DNA from: Minisyncoccota bacterium
GTDB lineage: Bacteria; Patescibacteriota; Minisyncoccia; Phycocordibacterales; UBA2100
Assembly (NCBI GenBank): GCA_035500505.1
Contig: DATJXE010000004.1
Location: forward strand, 1 to 48,229
DNA: 48,229 bases
Reading direction: 5' to 3'
Below the pieces are notes generated by a model. The model worked only from the letters and a program-made list of their open reading frames with translations. It was not told the DNA's origin and made no database searches. Both the position numbers and the translations under genes were made by a program. Positions 27,953-36,912 of the stretch are shown piece after piece; the stretch's first letter is position 1; the number at the start of each line of letters is the position of its first letter.

Positions 27953-29293
27953 CTAAAAACGGTATCCGGGCTCGCCGTGGACGGCGATATCGAGGCCTAT
28001 TTCCTCATCCTTGTCGCTCACGCGAAGCGGCATCCTGAAGAGAACGAGTACCTTGAGGATTATCCACGTCGCAACGAACGAATAGATGCCCGAAGCCAGG
28101 ACGGCGATCAGCTGTATCCAGAGCTGATGCGGGTTGCCGAAGAGAAGCCCGTTGGCTCCGGCAGAGTTGACGGCAACCTCGGCAAAGACACCAGTCAGAA
28201 GGGCCCCGGTGAGGCCGCCGATGCCGTGGCCAGCCCACACGTCGAGGGTGTCGTCCACCGGAATGCGGCTCGAACGAAGGTGCACCGCCAGGTAGGTAAT
28301 GACGCCCGCGATGATGCCTATCGCGATGGAAGCGATCGGGCCGACGAAGCCGGATGCCGGCGTGATGGCCACGAGCCCGCAAACCGCGCCAATGGCCGCA
28401 GCCATCGCCGAGGGCCGTCGGTGTTCCGCCCAAGAGAGCGCGACCCACGTCAGTGCTGCCGCAGCCGTCGCCGTATTGGTCACGACGAAGGCCGAGGCGG
28501 CGAGGGCGCCGGCAGTGAGCGCCGAACCCGCGTTGAACCCGAACCAGCCGAACCACAGGAGCGCTGCGCCGAGGATGACGAACGGAACGTTGGCGTTGCC
28601 CGGCGTTTGCGAGTCGAGCCGCTTGCCGACCAACATCGCCGCGGCGAGTGCGGAGAATCCGGCGCTCATGTGAACGACGGTCCCTCCCGCGAAGTCCAGG
28701 GCGCCGAGCGCGTGCAGCCAGCCGTTGGGCGACCACACCCAGTGCGCGATCGGGTCATAGACCAGGGTCGCCCACAGAAGCGTGAACACGACGAGTGTTT
28801 TGAAGCGGATGCGGCCGACGAACGCCCCGATGATGAGCGCGGGCGTCACGATGGCGAACATGGCCTGGAAGATCATGTACACCAATGCGGGAATGGTCGC
28901 GGCATACGCCGGATCGGGCGCGTAGCCCACGCCGCGCAGTCCGAAGTGTGCGAGGGTGCCGATGATGCCGCCCCCCGCGTCCGGACCGAACGCGAGCGAG
29001 TAGCCGATCACCACCCACTGGATGGACACCAGCGAGAGAATGAGCATCGACTGCTTCAGGACCGACACGACGTTCTTCGACGAGACCATGCCGCCGTAGA
29101 AAAATCCGACCGCAGGCGTCATGATCATGACGAGCGCCGAGGATGCGAGCATCCACGCGACGTCGCCGCTGTTGATCGCGGAGGCGTCGTAGGCACCGGC
29201 GGACGCGCCGCCGAAGTAGATGGCGCAATACCCGATGACGGCCCCGACCGCGAGTATCAGGATCGCCCACGTCCATAACATGCTTTTTGTCAT
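27953..29293 (-). CDS. amtB: ammonium transporter
   Basis: DFAGGTVVHMSAGFSAL and WGGHGIGG-like (VWAGHGIGGLTGA) Amt signatures, with about 11 TM helices. Confidence 0.95.
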   Translation of the reverse strand: MTKSMLWTWAILILAVGAVIGYCAIYFGGASAGAYDASAINSGDVAWMLASSALVMIMTPAVGFFYGGMVSSKNVVSVLKQSMLILSLVSIQWVVIGYSLAFGPDAGGGIIGTLAHFGLRGVGYAPDPAYAATIPALVYMIFQAMFAIVTPALIIGAFVGRIRFKTLVVFTLLWATLVYDPIAHWVWSPNGWLHALGALDFAGGTVVHMSAGFSALAAAMLVGKRLDSQTPGNANVPFVILGAALLWFGWFGFNAGSALTAGALAASAFVVTNTATAAAALTWVALSWAEHRRPSAMAAAIGAVCGLVAITPASGFVGPIASIAIGIIAGVITYLAVHLRSSRIPVDDTLDVWAGHGIGGLTGALLTGVFAEVAVNSAGANGLLFGNPHQLWIQLIAVLASGIYSFVATWIILKVLVLFRMPLRVSDKDEEIGLDIAVHGEPGYRF

Positions 29294-29297
29294 ACGA

Positions 29298-30725
29298 TTA
29301 GAAGTTGTTCCAAAGGAACTGATTGGTAACCTCGTGGTGGTAGACCACCTCCGAGTTCTTGATAATCGAGCCCAAGGCCTTCGGCGACCGGTCCGCCGCG
29401 GCCTGCTTATACTGGATGAACTTATCCTTGCTTTCCTCTCCGAGCGCCGCGGCCATGAACTTGCTCGATTTCATGAGCGCTATGGCGTCGTTGATATTGT
29501 CCGGCAGAAAGCGCAGCCGGTCGCGCTTCGACTCATCCTTTTCGAGCTTCGTGCCGCTTAGCCCGACGCGGAGCATCGTGAAAAGGACGAGGTAGGGGTT
29601 GGCATCCGGCGCGACCGAGCGAAGCTCGATGCGCGCGGTCTTTTCGTTGCCGAGCGGAATGCGGATCATGGAACCGCGGTCGACCGCGGAGACTTTTATC
29701 TGGTTGGGTGCCTCGAAATGCGGGTCGAGGCGGCGGTAGCTATTGACCGACGAGTTGAGAATGAGGCAGATCTCCGGCGCATGATTGAGGAGACGCAGGA
29801 TGAAATCCCACGCGATTTTCGAGAGTCCCTCCTTTCCCCCTTTTTCGTGGAAGATGTTCTTGCCGTTCTTTGAGAGCGAGAAGTTGGTGTGCATGCCGGA
29901 GCCGTTGATGCCGGTGAACGGCTTGGGCAGGAACGTGGCCGTGAGCCCCATGTTGCGCGCGACCTGACGACAGATGAGCTTGTAGAGCTGTACGTTGTCG
30001 GCGGCGCGGACGACGTCGGCGTACGAGAAATTCATCTCGAATTGCGAAGGCCCCACCTCAGGGTGGTCTTTCTCGTTCTTGAATCCCATCGCCCGCTGCG
30101 CCTCGGCGGCGCGATCGATGAAGACGCGCAGCGGATCCATCGGGAGCGAATGGTAGTAGCCGCCGGTCGAGACCAGCTTCATGCCACCGTTCTGGGCATA
30201 GTTCTGTTCAGCGTTCTCGCCGGCGACGACAAAGCCCTCTATTTCGGGAGCAGCGAAGGCCGTAATACCCTCTTTTTTCTTGAGTTCCGCGACATGCGCC
30301 TTTAGGCGACCCCGGAAATCGGCGTTGTAGGGCGTGCGGTCTCGGTTCAGTACCGAGGCGAAAAAAAGGACCTTTCCAGGGCCGAATACGTCCGAGGGCA
30401 TCCAGCGGATAGACGAGAAATCTATCTCGAGCCGCAGGTCGCTCTCGTGTTGCGGCGTGAAGCCTCTGATGGATGACCCGTCGAACGTGAGATTCTCGAG
30501 CGAATCGAGAAGGAATTTCTTGTCGTAGTCGAGCATGTGCAGCCGACCCTCGATATCGGAAAAACAGATGGTCACGGCCTTCACCTTCTTTTCACGTTTC
30601 AGCCATCCGACGTATTCTTTCTCGAGCGCCGCAGGCGAGGCGCTCGTTGCGCGCTCCTTGGCCTTGAGGTTCATCTCCTCGAGCTTTTCGTACGGTAACT
30701 CGAGGAATTGTTTTAATTCTGACAT
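29298..30725 (-). CDS. glnA: glutamine synthetase (type I-like)
   Basis: FLPKPFTGINGSGMHTNFS, NSYRRL, RIELRSVAPDANPYL. Confidence 0.93.
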   Translation of the reverse strand: MSELKQFLELPYEKLEEMNLKAKERATSASPAALEKEYVGWLKREKKVKAVTICFSDIEGRLHMLDYDKKFLLDSLENLTFDGSSIRGFTPQHESDLRLEIDFSSIRWMPSDVFGPGKVLFFASVLNRDRTPYNADFRGRLKAHVAELKKKEGITAFAAPEIEGFVVAGENAEQNYAQNGGMKLVSTGGYYHSLPMDPLRVFIDRAAEAQRAMGFKNEKDHPEVGPSQFEMNFSYADVVRAADNVQLYKLICRQVARNMGLTATFLPKPFTGINGSGMHTNFSLSKNGKNIFHEKGGKEGLSKIAWDFILRLLNHAPEICLILNSSVNSYRRLDPHFEAPNQIKVSAVDRGSMIRIPLGNEKTARIELRSVAPDANPYLVLFTMLRVGLSGTKLEKDESKRDRLRFLPDNINDAIALMKSSKFMAAALGEESKDKFIQYKQAAADRSPKALGSIIKNSEVVYHHEVTNQFLWNNF

Positions 30726-30926
30726 AGTTAAGACTAATTTCTTATAAAATTACTATAAAAAGAACAATCTTTACCCATATTCGGAACTATACTAACGAGA
30801 ACGAACTTGTCGCATCCCGGTTGGGGAAAACGCGTGGATAACGAAAAACGGTCTGTCAGAGCTACTTTTCCATTGGGCTTCGGCGAATTTCGGGATATAA
30901 CAAGAGGTGTCATACGTCAACGAACT

Positions 30927-32234
30927 ATGGACTCCGAAAAATACTGGTGGAAACGCGCAAAAATATACGAGCTCTATATCGACAAATTCGCGGGGACGAT
31001 AGGCGCGCTTGCCGACGGCCTCGGCTACTTCGAGGCGCTCGGGGTCAATACCCTGCACCTCCTGCCTCACTACCCTTCTCCCATGATCGACGGGGGCTAC
31101 GACGTGACGGACTACCGTGGCGTGCGCCCGGAACTCGGGTCGGTGGAAGACTTTGCCGCGCTTGTATCCAGGGCGCACGAACGAGGGTTGCGTATACTCA
31201 TCGATTGGCCGTTGAACCACACGTCGACTCAGCATCCGTGGTTCGCCGAGGCCCGCCTCTCCAGAGACAACCCGAAGCGCGACTTTTATCTCTGGAGCGA
31301 GAAACCGGACAAATTCCTCGAGGCGCCCAATGCGTTCCCCGACATGAAAGCTTCGAATTGGATTTACAACCCGCCGACCGACGATCACTACTTCGCCACC
31401 TTTTACCCGGAACAAGCGGATCTCAATTGGGACAACCCGGATGTCTTTGCCGAGATCGTAGGCGCGATGGATTTCTGGATAGAACTCGGCGTTGACGGTT
31501 TCAGGCTCGATGCCGTTCCCCACCTCGTGAAGCGCGACGGTACCGACTGCAGGGGCTTGCCGGAGACCCACGCCATTCTCAAACGCATCCGCGCGCACAT
31601 CGAAGTGAACCATCCGGAGGTTATCCTGGTTGCCGAGGCGCACAACACGCTGCCGCTCACGAAAGCGTACTTCGGCGCGGGCGATGAGTGCCACATGGCG
31701 TACAACTTCGTCTTGGCGGCCGAAACATGGCTCGCACTCGCAACCAGCGACAGAGGGAGGCTCGACGCATGCGCGGAAGAATCCCGCGACATCCCGGAGA
31801 ACTGCCAGTGGATCACGTTCCTGCGCAACCACGACGAGATATCCTTTGATACCGCTATGGATCCGGAGGAACGCCGTATCCTGATGGATTTTCTCGATCC
31901 TGACAGGCGTTATGTCATGAAAAAAGCGGGGCTCACGTCGGTGCGTGTTGCGACGGTCTTCAGCGGAAAACGCGATGGCATACGGGAGGCTTTTTCGCTG
32001 CTTTTCTCGATGCCCGGCGCTCCGGACATTTACTACGGCGACGAGATCGGCATGCAGAACCTAGATCCCGAAGAAGGGGTGCTCGACACCCGCAAGTTCG
32101 TTCGCGGTCCCTTCGACCGCGCTGCCGCGGCAGCTGCCGTGCAAGACCCGGGATCCATCTTCAACGAAGTGGCGCGCATGTTACGCCAAACAAATCCGAG
32201 TCCGGGAAACGATGCTGCTAAAAGCGGAATGTGA
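30927..32234 (+). CDS. GH13 alpha-amylase-family enzyme (trehalose synthase/amylosucrase-like)
   Basis: GH13 regions DWPLNHTS, GVDGFRLDAVPHL, LVAEA and FLRNHDE. The start is taken at MDSEKYWW; the ORF is open from 30807. Confidence 0.85.
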   Translation: MDSEKYWWKRAKIYELYIDKFAGTIGALADGLGYFEALGVNTLHLLPHYPSPMIDGGYDVTDYRGVRPELGSVEDFAALVSRAHERGLRILIDWPLNHTSTQHPWFAEARLSRDNPKRDFYLWSEKPDKFLEAPNAFPDMKASNWIYNPPTDDHYFATFYPEQADLNWDNPDVFAEIVGAMDFWIELGVDGFRLDAVPHLVKRDGTDCRGLPETHAILKRIRAHIEVNHPEVILVAEAHNTLPLTKAYFGAGDECHMAYNFVLAAETWLALATSDRGRLDACAEESRDIPENCQWITFLRNHDEISFDTAMDPEERRILMDFLDPDRRYVMKKAGLTSVRVATVFSGKRDGIREAFSLLFSMPGAPDIYYGDEIGMQNLDPEEGVLDTRKFVRGPFDRAAAAAAVQDPGSIFNEVARMLRQTNPSPGNDAAKSGM

Positions 32235-33123
32235 CGCGATATCCTCCTCTTCCGCGATGGGCGCGCACGGTATAGCCGCCGGATGGCGCGTATGCATAGG
32301 GACTTGAAGCGGCCGCGACAAAGGGTAGCCCGTTCCTTGAAAGCACGAGCGGGCTCGAGAGCGCGTTCGTGCGCGAAATACTGAAGCTTGCGCCGCCCGC
32401 ACCGAGTGCGGAGGGCGTCGCAACGGCTTCTCCGGACGAGTTATCCATCGTGAGCGCCCGTGCGCCTGCCCCCGAAATGGTCACTGCCTGGCCGTTCTTG
32501 ATGGCGTAGCCGCTTGTGAAGTTGACCGTTCCGAAATCGTCGAGCCCGACCGTGCCGCCGATCTCGACCGGCATCTCTTCCACCCAGTCGGCGGATGAAA
32601 GCGAGGAATCGTATCGCACGTTCGTCTCGTAATTCTTCCCCGTTGTCGAATCATAGAAAGACACGTCCCACGTGCCGGGAGAAGCTTCGGTGATCGAGAC
32701 TGAAACGGTATCGCCCGGCGATATCGAGAGCGGAACAACACGGGAATCTTGCGGCAGCGTTTCGAGCCACGCCTGATAGACGAGGTTGCCGCGCGAATCA
32801 GGAATGGCTTCCGTCCCCGCCTGGATGAGGTCGGTCGAGGTGACACCGCCGATCCCGACCCAGGTGGCGTCGGCAACGTTGGCGGCGCCGTCCGCGATGG
32901 TGGGAACGTTCCAAGAACCGGAAACCGAGGTGTACGTCCCGCCTGTCGCGACGTACCCGGCCCAGTTGAGCGCACTCGAGCTGTTCGCGTTGTGCATGGG
33001 TATGGAAAGGTTCGCGGGAGCAGGTTGGAACGGTTGCACCGCCGGTGGCACACCTGCGGGTAGCGTGACACCTGCCGTCAACAGGGCGACTACGAGAGGC
33101 CGTATGATCGAAATGGCGTTCAT
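32218..33123 (-). CDS. secreted peptidase of the G1/A4 (eqolisin-like) family
   Basis: NWAGYV, TWVGIGG, YQAWLETLP and SADWVEE are arranged as in glutamic peptidases. Signal-like N-terminus from the internal Met at 33123. Confidence 0.65.
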   Translation of the reverse strand: MNAISIIRPLVVALLTAGVTLPAGVPPAVQPFQPAPANLSIPMHNANSSSALNWAGYVATGGTYTSVSGSWNVPTIADGAANVADATWVGIGGVTSTDLIQAGTEAIPDSRGNLVYQAWLETLPQDSRVVPLSISPGDTVSVSITEASPGTWDVSFYDSTTGKNYETNVRYDSSLSSADWVEEMPVEIGGTVGLDDFGTVNFTSGYAIKNGQAVTISGAGARALTMDNSSGEAVATPSALGAGGASFSISRTNALSSPLVLSRNGLPFVAAASSPYAYAPSGGYTVRAHRGRGGYRVTFRF

Positions 33124-33221
33124 ATGTCTTGGTACGATACGAGACCCAAGATTATTTCTCCATGAAAACAGAACCGCCGGCTTATGGGCCGGCGGTTCTG
33201 TTGGTATATCCGTGCTGAAAA

Positions 33222-33455
33222 TTACATCATCGAAGCCGAACTTCCAGACATGTGGGTGCCCTTGTGCGTGACGATCTCGTAGACGGCCGAAAGGCCGACC
33301 AGTATGTACACGAGCCATTCCACCTGGGGCCACGAGCCGAGGAGCAGGTTGACGACATTCCAGTTGCCGCCGAAAAAGCCGCCAAGGCCGACCAAAAGCC
33401 AGTTAAGGCCTCCGATCACGAGCAAAATCCAGGTGACCATGTGCAATGTTTTCAT
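33222..33455 (-). CDS. DUF378-like small membrane protein (77 aa)
   Basis: IGGLNWLLVGLGGFFGGNWNVVNLLLG motif. Start at the internal MKTLHM. Confidence 0.7.
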   Translation of the reverse strand: MKTLHMVTWILLVIGGLNWLLVGLGGFFGGNWNVVNLLLGSWPQVEWLVYILVGLSAVYEIVTHKGTHMSGSSASMM

Positions 33456-33573
33456 GCTTTTTTGGAGATAAGGCGGGTAAATTCGACCCTCGTACCGCAA
33501 GTATCCCACCTCTCATGAAGTTGCCTAGGGGTGCGTGCTACACTATGTGTATTACATATAACGAATCAAAAGT

Positions 33574-33996
33574 ATGATACCTGTCAACTTTTGGGCGGTG
33601 TTAGTGTCGGCTGTAGCGGCCATGTTCATCGGGTGGCTATGGTTCGGTCCCCTGTTCCGCAGTCAGTGGGTCGCATCTTTAGGCATGTCGGACGCCCGCA
33701 TGCAGGAGATGATGCGAAAAGGAATGGCGATGAGCTATGTCGTGATGTTCATCGGCGCGCTGCTCATGGCGTTCGTGCTCGCGCACGCCATCATCTTTGC
33801 GGAAGCCTACCTCGGCATGACCGGCGTATCTGCGGGGCTCGCGGTCGCGTTCGCAAGCTGGATCGGATTCGTCGCTCCGGCGACTGTCGGCGGCGTTCTC
33901 TGGGAAGGAAAGTCCTGGAACTGGTGGTTCATCACGGCAGGCTACCACCTCGTGCTGCTCCTCGTCATGGGCGTCATCCTCGCGCTCTGGGTGTAA
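33574..33996 (+). CDS. DUF1761-like membrane protein
   Basis: NFWAVLVSAVAAMFIGWLWFGPLF N-terminus and four TM helices. Confidence 0.7.
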   Translation: MIPVNFWAVLVSAVAAMFIGWLWFGPLFRSQWVASLGMSDARMQEMMRKGMAMSYVVMFIGALLMAFVLAHAIIFAEAYLGMTGVSAGLAVAFASWIGFVAPATVGGVLWEGKSWNWWFITAGYHLVLLLVMGVILALWV

Positions 33997-34027
33997 AAAG
34001 CGAACGGCGAAGCAGCTAGCTTCGCCG

Positions 34028-34636
34028 TCATGGCCAACCCTCTTCATGGGCAGCCATCATTTTGTACAGTGGTTCACAATATCGAACTTGACTGAGCGGC
34101 TTCGCCGTCAAGATTAGCGTGTTGCGCCGGAACCTGGCTCGATTGTCGGGGTGTCGCATGCATGCGCGACAGTCTCCGCAGGGATCGAGCGTTTTCCGCA
34201 GTAACCCGCTTTTCCCATCCGGTTGATTCTCGCCGATCACTACCAGCCCGCCGATGCATCCGCATCGCGTCTCTCGAGCGGCGCGCATAATGCGCATTTC
34301 TGCGCAGAATTTTGTCGCCTTCTTGGACGGCTTGGAGTTCACCGCAGCGAAGACCCACCATTCGTATGGCGATGACTTCTCTCCGCCGAGCACAAGACCA
34401 ATTCCGACGCCGCCCACGTAGAATTGGCGATAATTGATCAGCGACCTTCGTTGAATGCTCCTCTCTTTATCTTCTTTCATCGCGAGGTGCCGCATACGCT
34501 CGGCGACCGCGATTGCCGCGTCCTGAACGTTCGGCTCTTTCAAAGCGTGCAACGCATCCTCAGGACGAGGACGCGAGGTGAGCTTGAACAGTTCGTCCAA
34601 GACAGGTGCCTCCACCAGTCCTCTTGTAAGAATCAT
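34028..34636 (-). CDS. cytidine/deoxycytidylate deaminase-fold protein with an N-terminal extension
   Basis: Zinc motifs FCAEMRI and PCGDCRAC are separated by 36 residues (CAE...PCxxC). Confidence 0.6.
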   Translation of the reverse strand: MILTRGLVEAPVLDELFKLTSRPRPEDALHALKEPNVQDAAIAVAERMRHLAMKEDKERSIQRRSLINYRQFYVGGVGIGLVLGGEKSSPYEWWVFAAVNSKPSKKATKFCAEMRIMRAARETRCGCIGGLVVIGENQPDGKSGLLRKTLDPCGDCRACMRHPDNRARFRRNTLILTAKPLSQVRYCEPLYKMMAAHEEGWP

Positions 34637-34699
34637 TGCGTTCTCTCCTGTTGTTAGCCGTACGCATTATACATTGTATTTATAGTGTATGTCAAACAT

Positions 34700-34943
34700 T
34701 CACCCCCTCTTCACCCTCCGTCCTTACAATCGCCCGTAGTGAGCACCTTGATGAGCACATGCCGCCTGCCCCCACTGGGAGGCAGGCGATGGTGCTCGGG
34801 ATTAGCAGCATAACTGCGTCGTGCGCAAAGCGGCGTCAAAGAGATCTGTGGAGAGAAAACTGTCTTCGACCGCCCTACGAAAACTGAACATGCGAGCCGG
34901 GCCGTCTCTAGCGCCAAGCGCGGGGGCGGCCCGGCGTTTTAGA
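34700..34943 (+). ncRNA. candidate stand-alone structured RNA, class unknown; the 5' end is a guess
   Basis: 335-nt gap between two minus-strand genes. Nested helices GAGCACC(34741)/GGTGCTC(34791) enclose GCCTGCCCCC-ACT-GGGAGGCAGGC. A plus-strand terminator GCCGGGCCG..CGGCCCGGC+GTTTT lies at 34897-34940. Confidence 0.3.
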
Positions 34944-34971
34944 TCTCCTGTCGGAAAGTTACCGACGGAAC

Positions 34972-35424
34972 TCACGAGTAGTTGCTCGTCAGCGGAAAGC
35001 AGTTCTTGTAGGTTTGTGTATGGTCCGGGCCTTCCTCGACGGATCCCTCTCCGTTGTTTTCCGTGAACGTGATCGTGCCGTTGGATGCAACATACTCCGC
35101 CTTAGAGGTGGACGCGACAGTAGGCAAGATCAAGTCTCGACCGTCGCTCAAGTGCAGATGGACGGTCCCCGCGTAAAAGATCACTCGGAAACTTTTCTGC
35201 TGGTCGCAGTCGAACACGAGGTTACGTATCGGTTTTTCAGGCGGGACAACCGCGTTTACGACAAATTTCCATGCTTTCAAAAAGGGACTGATGGGGGCGA
35301 TGTCAAAGCCATCCGCTGCGTTCGGGGCATGGATGAGCCCGCTTTCCTTGGCGTGGAGATCGTACCAAACATACCCGCCGAGGATGAGCACGACCGCAAG
35401 CACGAATACGATACCGTTTCTCAT
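34972..35424 (-). CDS. membrane-anchored MliC-like (lysozyme-inhibitor fold) protein
   Basis: TM anchor, then FDCDQQKSFRVIFYAG..L..VASTSKAEYVASNG..KNC, which fits the MliC pattern. Start at the internal MRNGIVF; the ORF extends to 35478. Confidence 0.45.
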   Translation of the reverse strand: MRNGIVFVLAVVLILGGYVWYDLHAKESGLIHAPNAADGFDIAPISPFLKAWKFVVNAVVPPEKPIRNLVFDCDQQKSFRVIFYAGTVHLHLSDGRDLILPTVASTSKAEYVASNGTITFTENNGEGSVEEGPDHTQTYKNCFPLTSNYS

Positions 35425-35544
35425 ACCACTACGGACGTGTCGGGCTGTCTCTTCCTTTCTTCCCGTCCGTCCCTGCATGTATCACACGCCGAATATGAAG
35501 GGTGAGTGAAGTAATCATTCGCCGTCGCGACCGTCTCAAAAACT

Positions 35545-36909
35545 ATGTCACCGGAACAACTGGAGGCGATGCGCCGAGAGCGCAGGTCCATGGACGGTAT
35601 TCGTCCGAGACGCAGGTTTTTCGTGGAACCGAAAAGACGAGATGCGAAGCTCGCGGTCTTGGGACTTGGATATGTGGGACTTCCCCTTTCTATCCTCGCC
35701 GCCTCGAAAGGCTTCGAGGTGATCGGGTTCGACATCGACGAGGTGAAGGTCGCACAACTTGAAAAACGCGAGGCGAACTTCCTCGATCAAACTGCTGCGG
35801 ACGCTTTTCGCGACACACAAAATCTTTCCGTGAGTTCAGACGAATCGACTCTAGACGGCGCTGACGTCTTTATCATCTGCGTGCCAACACCGGTCCGACA
35901 CGACAGACAGCCCGACCTGGAGCCTCTCGAAGGAGCCGCGAGGATCGCCGGCAGGCATCTTACCGAGGGCGGCCTTGTCGTCGTCGAATCCACCGTGAAT
36001 CCGGGCGTGTGCGAAGAAGTCGTCTTGCCTCTCCTCGAGGAGGCGTCCGGCCTCTCGCGCGAGGAGTTCCTTTTCGCGCACTGCCCCGAACGCGTGAACC
36101 CCGGCGACGAAAGGTGGGACGCCGAACACATCCCGCGCGTCATCGGCGGGCTGAACGCCGAAAGTCTTTCGAAAGCGCTCTCCATCTACAGTTCGTTCAT
36201 CGACGCAAAACTGCTGCCAATGGGTTCCATCAAGGAAGCCGAGGCGGTGAAGATGGTCGAGAATTCGTTCCGCGACATCAACATCGCGTTCGTCAACGAG
36301 CTCGCGATGGCCTTCGACAAAGCCGGCATCGACATCGTCAACGTCATCAAAGGCGCTTCCACCAAACCCTTCGGCTTCATGCCGCACTATCCCGGCGCAG
36401 GCGTGGGCGGCCACTGCATCCCTGTCGATCCGTACTACCTCATCCGCTACGGGCGCGACAACGGTTTCGAGCACGAATTCCTTCTCACGGCGCGGCGCAT
36501 CAACGAGCGCATGCCACGCTACGTCGTGGATCGTCTCGCGAGCGCGTTCCGACAACGAAAACTGAAATTTTCCGGCGCGCGCGTGGCGCTATTGGGGCTC
36601 TCATACAAAAAAGACATTCCCGACGTGCGCGAAAGTCCGGCGCTCGTCATACGCGAGAAACTCGAACAAGCGGGCGCCACGGTCGCAGTGTTCGATCCGT
36701 ACGTCGGAGGCGCCGGCCGGAGCCTCGAAGAAGCCTTGCGAGGCGCGCAAGCCGTCGTTATCGCGACGGACCACACTATGTTCTGCCACCTCACACCGAG
36801 GCAGTTCGAAGAATTCGGTATATCGATCGTCATCGACGGGCGCAACTGCCTCGATAAAAAACTCTTCGAGAAAAGTGCCATCCTCTACCGCGGCATCGGC
36901 CGCTCTTAA
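35545..36909 (+). CDS. nucleotide-sugar dehydrogenase (UDP-glucose/GDP-mannose dehydrogenase family)
   Basis: GLGYVGLP Rossmann motif and catalytic GGHCIPVDPYY. That form of the motif is, from memory, closer to WecC/Cap5O/TviB-type than to classical Ugd (GGxCFxKD). The start may be 35569 or 35590. Confidence 0.9.
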   Translation: MSPEQLEAMRRERRSMDGIRPRRRFFVEPKRRDAKLAVLGLGYVGLPLSILAASKGFEVIGFDIDEVKVAQLEKREANFLDQTAADAFRDTQNLSVSSDESTLDGADVFIICVPTPVRHDRQPDLEPLEGAARIAGRHLTEGGLVVVESTVNPGVCEEVVLPLLEEASGLSREEFLFAHCPERVNPGDERWDAEHIPRVIGGLNAESLSKALSIYSSFIDAKLLPMGSIKEAEAVKMVENSFRDINIAFVNELAMAFDKAGIDIVNVIKGASTKPFGFMPHYPGAGVGGHCIPVDPYYLIRYGRDNGFEHEFLLTARRINERMPRYVVDRLASAFRQRKLKFSGARVALLGLSYKKDIPDVRESPALVIREKLEQAGATVAVFDPYVGGAGRSLEEALRGAQAVVIATDHTMFCHLTPRQFEEFGISIVIDGRNCLDKKLFEKSAILYRGIGRS

Positions 36910-36912
36910 CGT

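Noticed and set aside
27944-29278. Long antisense ORFs opposite well-supported genes. Examples: 27944..29278(+), 30792..31832(-), 36943..38286(-), 41188..42588(+), 44734..45663(-), 20773..21813(+), 9750..10508(+), 35851..36555(-), 28005..28736(-).
   Set aside because: Each lies entirely inside a gene with clear family motifs on the other strand. Their translations are Arg/Gly/Asp/His-rich and low in complexity, as expected for stop-poor shadow frames in GC-rich DNA.
34745-34885. Hammerhead-ribozyme-like motifs (CTTGATGAG at about 34748 and CGAAAAC at about 34879).
   Set aside because: The core has an extra U (CUUGAUGA rather than CUGAUGA). The two boxes are about 130 nt apart, and I could not build the required stems I-III.
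34637-34971. Assignment of the intergenic RNA candidate to SRP RNA, 6S, tmRNA or RNase P.
   Set aside because: I found no GGAA-tetraloop/AGCA domain IV motif, no GAGGAAAGUCC P4 motif, and no tRNA-like ends or tag ORF. A partial resemblance of GGTGCTCGGGATTAGCAGC to the E. coli 4.5S 3' strand was not supported by a complementary 5' strand.
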